NCBI GenBank assembly: GCA_016181845.1
Contig: JACOYO010000005.1
Span: forward strand, 2,845 to 66,844
DNA from: Parcubacteria group bacterium
GTDB taxonomy: Bacteria; Patescibacteriota; Minisyncoccia; Phycocordibacterales; 21-14-all-47-15
Length of the DNA stretch: 64,000 bases
Reading direction: 5' to 3'
Part shown: positions 59,267 through 64,000 of the stretch, piece by piece
Position numbering within the stretch: the stretch's first letter is position 1
How the letters are laid out: each line of letters begins with the position of its first letter
Position numbers and translations under genes: made by a program
Notes under the pieces: generated by a model
Told to the model about the DNA's origin: nothing
The model's database searches: none
The model's input: the letters and a program-made list of their open reading frames with translations, nothing else

Positions 59267-59803
59267 TTATTTGTGCCAATTAAACAAGGTTTCTTCCAGC
59301 GTCAGCGTTCTGGCGGCTAGCGCGCCGCGTTTCCAAGCGACAGTTGAAGACACGATGACCTCTTCCCCGGGCACCACCTGCGTGACCGTAATAGTCCTGG
59401 TAAAATTGGTTCCGCTCCAGGATGCATCATATCCGTATACACCGGTAGCGCTGTCGTAGCGAACGATTGGGCACGCGCCGGAACAGGCGCTTATCGTATT
59501 GTCCGGCGAATCAACAAAACACGAGTTTGAAAGACAGGCATCTATTCCAACAAGCCAGTCAACACGAGAAAGAGCGTTTGAATCCCGCAGATTACGAATG
59601 TATTCCAATCCTTCTTGCGCTAGAAAAAACGCCGTTGCCTGATCGCGGGCATATGTCGCAAGCGCTATTCCATTTGCGGCAATGGTCATAGGCCCCAATA
59701 TTGCCGTTACCAGAATAGTAATGGCAACAAGCGACTCTATGAGCGTGAAGCCGCGTTGAATTGTGCAATTATTATTTCTTTTTTTTAATTTTATTTGAAA
59801 CAT
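59267..59803 (-). CDS. Type IV pseudopilin / minor pilin
   Basis: Prepilin leader MFQIKLKKRNNNCTIQRGFTLIESLVAITILV, with the G|FTLIE cleavage/methylation motif. Confidence 0.6.
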   Translation of the reverse strand: MFQIKLKKRNNNCTIQRGFTLIESLVAITILVTAILGPMTIAANGIALATYARDQATAFFLAQEGLEYIRNLRDSNALSRVDWLVGIDACLSNSCFVDSPDNTISACSGACPIVRYDSATGVYGYDASWSGTNFTRTITVTQVVPGEEVIVSSTVAWKRGALAARTLTLEETLFNWHK

Positions 59804-59898
59804 ATTCTTGATTAGCTTATTAGCTTGTTAGGTTTTAGCTTTTTAGGAATTCCACTGTCACATAAAAAGCTAACAAGCTAAAACCTAAGAAGCTCCGC

Positions 59899-60492
59899 CT
59901 ATGAATCAATCAATCGCTCCGACACCGTAGTCTGCAAATGAAATTCTGATACCAGTCCCTTGCCTGCTTCTGCCGTGCCGCCGACAAGCAATAATATTTT
60001 CGGTTGTTTCCCGTCTAACGCGGGCGCACCGCTCACATAAAACTTCAGCGTGGAAATCGTAATATCTGGAGAAGTCATGCCGAGAAAGGTGTCTCCGGAA
60101 TCGGTTGATTTTTGTATCTGACCGTTTATCAGACGAAACACGATTTGGTCGTTACTATTCGCGCTTGAGCCGCTTGCTCCCTCAAAAGCAATGTAATCAG
60201 AACCGGTAACCGAACAATCTTGCGCTGAAGTAATGTCTCCGGTATCTCCACAATGATAGACACTGCCGGTACGCAAGGTGCGTGAAATATTCTCCAGCGC
60301 AAAATTTAGATTGTCCATAAGCGCGCGCATTGACTGGATTTTCCGGTTTGAGTCGTTGATACTGATGAGCGCGCCTATGGTAATGAGAACCACTACGGTA
60401 AATACTGAAATAGAAACCATTATTTCAATGAGCGTAAAACCGCGTTTTGTTCTGCATATGTTATTTCTTTGGTTTAATTTTATTTGAAACAT
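59899..60492 (-). CDS. Type IV pseudopilin / minor pilin, paralog of 59267..59803
   Basis: Leader MFQIKLNQRNNICRTKRGFTLIEIMVSISVF. Confidence 0.6.
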   Translation of the reverse strand: MFQIKLNQRNNICRTKRGFTLIEIMVSISVFTVVVLITIGALISINDSNRKIQSMRALMDNLNFALENISRTLRTGSVYHCGDTGDITSAQDCSVTGSDYIAFEGASGSSANSNDQIVFRLINGQIQKSTDSGDTFLGMTSPDITISTLKFYVSGAPALDGKQPKILLLVGGTAEAGKGLVSEFHLQTTVSERLIDS

Positions 60493-60578
60493 ACATTTAG
60501 CTTGCTAGCTTCTTGGGTTTTAGCTTGTTAGGAACGTGGTTTTACTAACCTAAAAACCTAACAAGCTAAAAAGCTGGG

Positions 60579-61208
60579 TTATTCTATGCTTATCTGTCCG
60601 TTCGCCCACACCACAACCGTTTTTTGCGCCGTTTCACGGGCGGCGCTTAAAATAATTTCCGCGTCGGAATACACTTTTGAAACTCCTCCCAAAACACCGA
60701 TAATGGACGCGTCTGGATTCGGACGCGTAAATGCAATATCAAGCGACGAGAGCCCGCATTCAGCTGTCGGGTCATTTATGGTCTTGCCGTCTGTTTTCAC
60801 ATTCCCGCATAGACGCGCGATGTTTGCGTTGGATTGTATGTTGAATACTTCCAGACATTCCGTGCCGGCGACGCCGCAGGAAATTCCATTGTACTGCTTA
60901 TCCCCGCCTGTGATATCGGCAAACAGCACAAAAGAATCAGTGATGGAGGAATTCAAAAAAACGCCATACGAAGGAAAGGTATTCGACCCCGCGCCAAATT
61001 CTCGGACATTTTGTCCGTATGTTTGCGCTTGCCGTATTGAAACGGCAATTTCGTTTGCAAGCGTTCCAAGAGAAACGGTATTTAAAAATTTTTGATAATT
61101 TGCCAGAATGAGCGAAGTCATGATAACAAAAATACCGACAGAAACAACCATTTCAATCATGGTAAACCCCGACACCAAACATGGCGTTGTGCTTTTATGT
61201 CGCTTCAT
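60579..61208 (-). CDS. Type IV pseudopilin / minor pilin
   Basis: Leader MKRHKSTTPCLVSGFTMIEMVVSVGIFVIM; the start is at 61206-61208. Confidence 0.5.
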   Translation of the reverse strand: MKRHKSTTPCLVSGFTMIEMVVSVGIFVIMTSLILANYQKFLNTVSLGTLANEIAVSIRQAQTYGQNVREFGAGSNTFPSYGVFLNSSITDSFVLFADITGGDKQYNGISCGVAGTECLEVFNIQSNANIARLCGNVKTDGKTINDPTAECGLSSLDIAFTRPNPDASIIGVLGGVSKVYSDAEIILSAARETAQKTVVVWANGQISIE

Positions 61209-61341
61209 GTTATGGAGAGAGTATTTGAAGACGGTAAGACGCCTATACAATCTCTTTGTTTTCAAGAAAGCACGCGACATGACGCCATGTTGTGGTGTGT
61301 GGGTAAACCCCGCATTCGCATTGCATTGCTGGTTTGTATGT

Positions 61342-62190
61342 TTATCCATAAAAAGAGAGAAGTGAAATGACGGTGCCGATATGAAACCGTAATAAAAAAG
61401 AGGTCAGCGCGCCAAACGCAAGAAACGGCCCGAATGGAATCTCACTCTTCAGTGTAAAATAGTTTCCGCGTAAAAACAATGCGCGCATTTTGCTTGCCGC
61501 GATAAGCAATATCCCGACAATCGCTCCCGACCACACAGCTATAAGAATAGCGAACGTGCCATGCGTCGGGCCCAAAAGCCACCCGATAGCAAGCGCTAAT
61601 TTTGCATCGCCAAGTCCGATAACGCGACCACGTGAAAAAATCCAAAGGGCTCCAAAAAACAGAAAAAAAACAATTCCTGTAATAAGGGCTGAAGTGTCAA
61701 ATGCAGTTCCTGCAGTTCCGGTAAAAAGTCTCACGCCAGCCAAAAGAATGAGCGGGTACACGAAACCGTTTGGAATAATAGTATGCCGAATATCATACAC
61801 TGAAATGATAAGAAACAAGATTGAGATAAAAAGCGCGTACACAAAGGAAACAATATCAAAACGCGACACTGCCCAAAACATCTCTGTTGGAGCAATCGTA
61901 TTCCGAGCAAAAAAGGCGGCAAACAGAGAAAGAAAGATTAGGCCGGTTACTAATTCCACTATCGGATATTGCCATGAGATGGCGCTTTTGCAGACGCTAC
62001 ATCTGCCTTTTTGAATAATAAAACTCAAGAGCGGAAAAAGTTCTTTCCACGAGAGTGTCTTTCCGCAAGCAAAACATTGGGACCTTCCTCCGAGAGAGCG
62101 GCCGCTATGATACCGCGCTATTATCACATTTAAAAAACTGCCGATAATAGTTCCGAAAATAAATATAAAAACAAAAGAAAAGTATGGCAT
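61342..62190 (-). CDS. pilD: Prepilin peptidase (A24 family, PilD-like)
   Basis: N-terminal TM plus the zinc-binding CFACGKTLSWKELFPLLSF..GRCSVCKSAI motif (CxxC..CxxC), then polytopic TM with the conserved GDAKL block (VIGLGDAKLALAIG). Confidence 0.8.
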   Translation of the reverse strand: MPYFSFVFIFIFGTIIGSFLNVIIARYHSGRSLGGRSQCFACGKTLSWKELFPLLSFIIQKGRCSVCKSAISWQYPIVELVTGLIFLSLFAAFFARNTIAPTEMFWAVSRFDIVSFVYALFISILFLIISVYDIRHTIIPNGFVYPLILLAGVRLFTGTAGTAFDTSALITGIVFFLFFGALWIFSRGRVIGLGDAKLALAIGWLLGPTHGTFAILIAVWSGAIVGILLIAASKMRALFLRGNYFTLKSEIPFGPFLAFGALTSFLLRFHIGTVISLLSFYG

Positions 62191-62349
62191 ATTTTCTGAT
62201 TACTTTTTATTATACCTTTTCTTTAGGTCTTTGCGAAAGAGCGCATGAACGCTTCCCAACCGTCAAATATTCTAAAAGTCTAAAAACAAAAATACCCCGC
62301 CATATGGCGCGGGGCATTTTTGCCTGTATCAATACAGTACGGAAATGGA

Positions 62350-62796
62350 CTATGGTTTCAAGTCGTAAATCGGGTCAGTTCCCGCAAAATCAGCGGCGCT
62401 TCCTGAACAAATATCCGTGCTCGCGGATGCGTCAGAGTCGGTTGTCAATACAGCGTGCCCTGTTGCCTCCATGGTCGCTCCCAAGTGATAGGAGGTGCAT
62501 GATGTGCCAGAGAGAAGCGCCGCGTATTGGTATGCCGGCGTGATGAGCGGGTCTTGCGGAATTGAAGGAATGTAGATCGTCGCCAAACTATCGAGTATTG
62601 GCGGATAGGCGCGATTCGCGTCAAAGTAAAGCTCGAGCGCAAGCTGAAGCTGTTTCAAATCTGCAATGCGCTTCGCATCCCGTGATTTCTGGCGAGCGGT
62701 GTTGAGCGATGCCAGTACTACGCTTGACAAGATGCCGATAATGGCGATTACAACCAAAAGTTCAATGAGCGTAAAACCTTTATTTTTTTTCTGCAT
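62350..62796 (-). CDS. Type IV major pilin (PilA/GspG-like)
   Basis: MQKKNKGFTLIELLVVIAIIGILSSVVLASL is a canonical class III prepilin leader and N-terminal helix. Confidence 0.7.
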   Translation of the reverse strand: MQKKNKGFTLIELLVVIAIIGILSSVVLASLNTARQKSRDAKRIADLKQLQLALELYFDANRAYPPILDSLATIYIPSIPQDPLITPAYQYAALLSGTSCTSYHLGATMEATGHAVLTTDSDASASTDICSGSAADFAGTDPIYDLKP

Positions 62797-63001
62797 ATAA
62801 GTAGAGGATGGATTTCAAAATTTATAAAAAATAAATAATAGGTGCACCTATTATTATCGACCGATAAAACTTAATACTTGTACAAACATTAAGCGACACA
62901 CCTGCATGGTATGCTTACCTAATATCAATAGTAAGTATATAACATTGTGGCAAAACGCAAAAGACGCCCTTGTGGATAAGGAGCGGATAAAGAAAAGCCA
63001 T

Positions 63002-64000
63002 TTACAAGCCGGAAGTCGTCTGATAGATGGGGACCAACACAGCCGCAAGCAAAAGACCGACTCCGACGCCAAGCGCAACAATAAGAATCGGCTCAATGAG
63101 CGATACAATTGTATCAACCTCATTGTTTACCTCGCGTTCATAAAAAGACGAGAGTGTTTTCAACACATACCCGAGCTTGCCGGTTTCCTCCCCCACTTTT
63201 ACCATCTGAATTAAAATACTTGGTATCTCTTCGTATGCCCCAAGCGCTTGGGAGAGCGTATCTCCTCCCTGCACCGCGCCTGCCGTTTTTTCTAAAATAT
63301 TTTCGTATACTTCGTTGCCGACAACCGCGGCCGTCACTTCAATGGAACGCACGATTGGGATGCCGCTCGTGAGCATTGTATCAAGGTTGGTTGCAATGCG
63401 GGCCAAATAAAACTTTCTGTAGAGCCGCCCGATAAACGGCAGAGAAATTTCCAAGCGTGCAATCGCCGTTTTTCCGCCGCGTCCAATCCAAAACCTCCAC
63501 AAAAAGATACCGCCCACCACCAATACCAACAGAAAAAATAGCCCGTACTGCACCAAAAAATGGCTTATGCCGATAATCACTTTCGTATAGAGAGGAATTG
63601 CTTGCCCAGTTTCCGTGAGAATCGCGCTCAAGCGCGGAATGACCATGACAAACATGACAATCATGACAACTATAAAGGTCGTTATGACAAAAGCGGGATA
63701 AATCAGCGCGTTTTTCGCCTTGCTAGAAAGAGCGTAACTGCGGTCAAGATGGTCGGCCAAATATAAAAAAGTTTCATTGAGTTTGCCGGACTCCTCGCCG
63801 GAGTGCACCATACTCACATAAAAATTTGAAAAGGCGCGCGGGTGCTTCCCCATCGCCTGCGAAATAGTGATGCCACTTTGAATATCGTCGGTAATGGTCG
63901 CCAATATTTTTCGGAGCGTTTCGTTGTCTGATTCGTTGGCAAGTAATTTAAAAATTTCAAGCGCCGGCACTTTTGCCTCAAAGAGCGTCGCTATCTGCCG
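63002..64000 (-). CDS. Type IV pilus assembly / type II secretion platform protein PilC/GspF, N-terminally truncated by the window end
   Basis: GspF-type repeated domain (..LSQALG..YEEIPSILIQMVKVGEETGKLGYVL...) and polytopic TM segments. The reading frame stays open from 63970 to the window end. Confidence 0.75.
   Translation of the reverse strand, partial: RQIATLFEAKVPALEIFKLLANESDNETLRKILATITDDIQSGITISQAMGKHPRAFSNFYVSMVHSGEESGKLNETFLYLADHLDRSYALSSKAKNALIYPAFVITTFIVVMIVMFVMVIPRLSAILTETGQAIPLYTKVIIGISHFLVQYGLFFLLVLVVGGIFLWRFWIGRGGKTAIARLEISLPFIGRLYRKFYLARIATNLDTMLTSGIPIVRSIEVTAAVVGNEVYENILEKTAGAVQGGDTLSQALGAYEEIPSILIQMVKVGEETGKLGYVLKTLSSFYEREVNNEVDTIVSLIEPILIVALGVGVGLLLAAVLVPIYQTTSGL

Overview
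This ~64 kb window looks like it comes from a small-genome bacterium, plausibly a Candidate Phyla Radiation/Patescibacteria-like organism. That placement is inference from gene content: a split transketolase, a compact sugar-phosphate gene set (gap, rpiB, rpe, tkt, fba, pfkB sugar kinase), a type IV pilus cluster, giant T/S/G-rich secreted proteins and high coding density. Housekeeping genes recognised from motifs are tsf, rpsB, prfA, rpmE, rplY, gatB, secA, murB, ftsK, recA and ligA, plus tRNA-Thr(UGU). The first ~12.6 kb is an accessory-looking cell-surface locus. It holds a Fic-like wHTH protein, an FG-GAP/TSP3 repeat protein, a 737-aa T/S/N-rich protein with a zinc-ribbon partner, and a signal-peptide protein carrying a canonical C-terminal dockerin pair. 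That dockerin gene is split by a 14-bp tandem duplication, and it is followed by two membrane-anchored proteins with cohesin-like domains. The locus ends at tRNA-Thr, which has a 55-nt partial direct duplicate beside it. Three families of palindromic REP-like repeats are dispersed through the window. Two of them sit with their own IS200/IS605-type HuH (Y1) transposase genes (RAYT-like), and both of these genes carry an in-frame copy of their cognate palindrome at the same relative position. The REP2 family also embeds a perfect DnaA box (TTATCCACA). The distal half carries a giant lamin-tail-domain protein, an S-layer-like 1211-aa protein with a peptidoglycan-binding domain and a ~900-bp AT-rich leader, and a type IV pilin / prepilin peptidase / PilC cluster. 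No CRISPR array or rRNA gene was seen.
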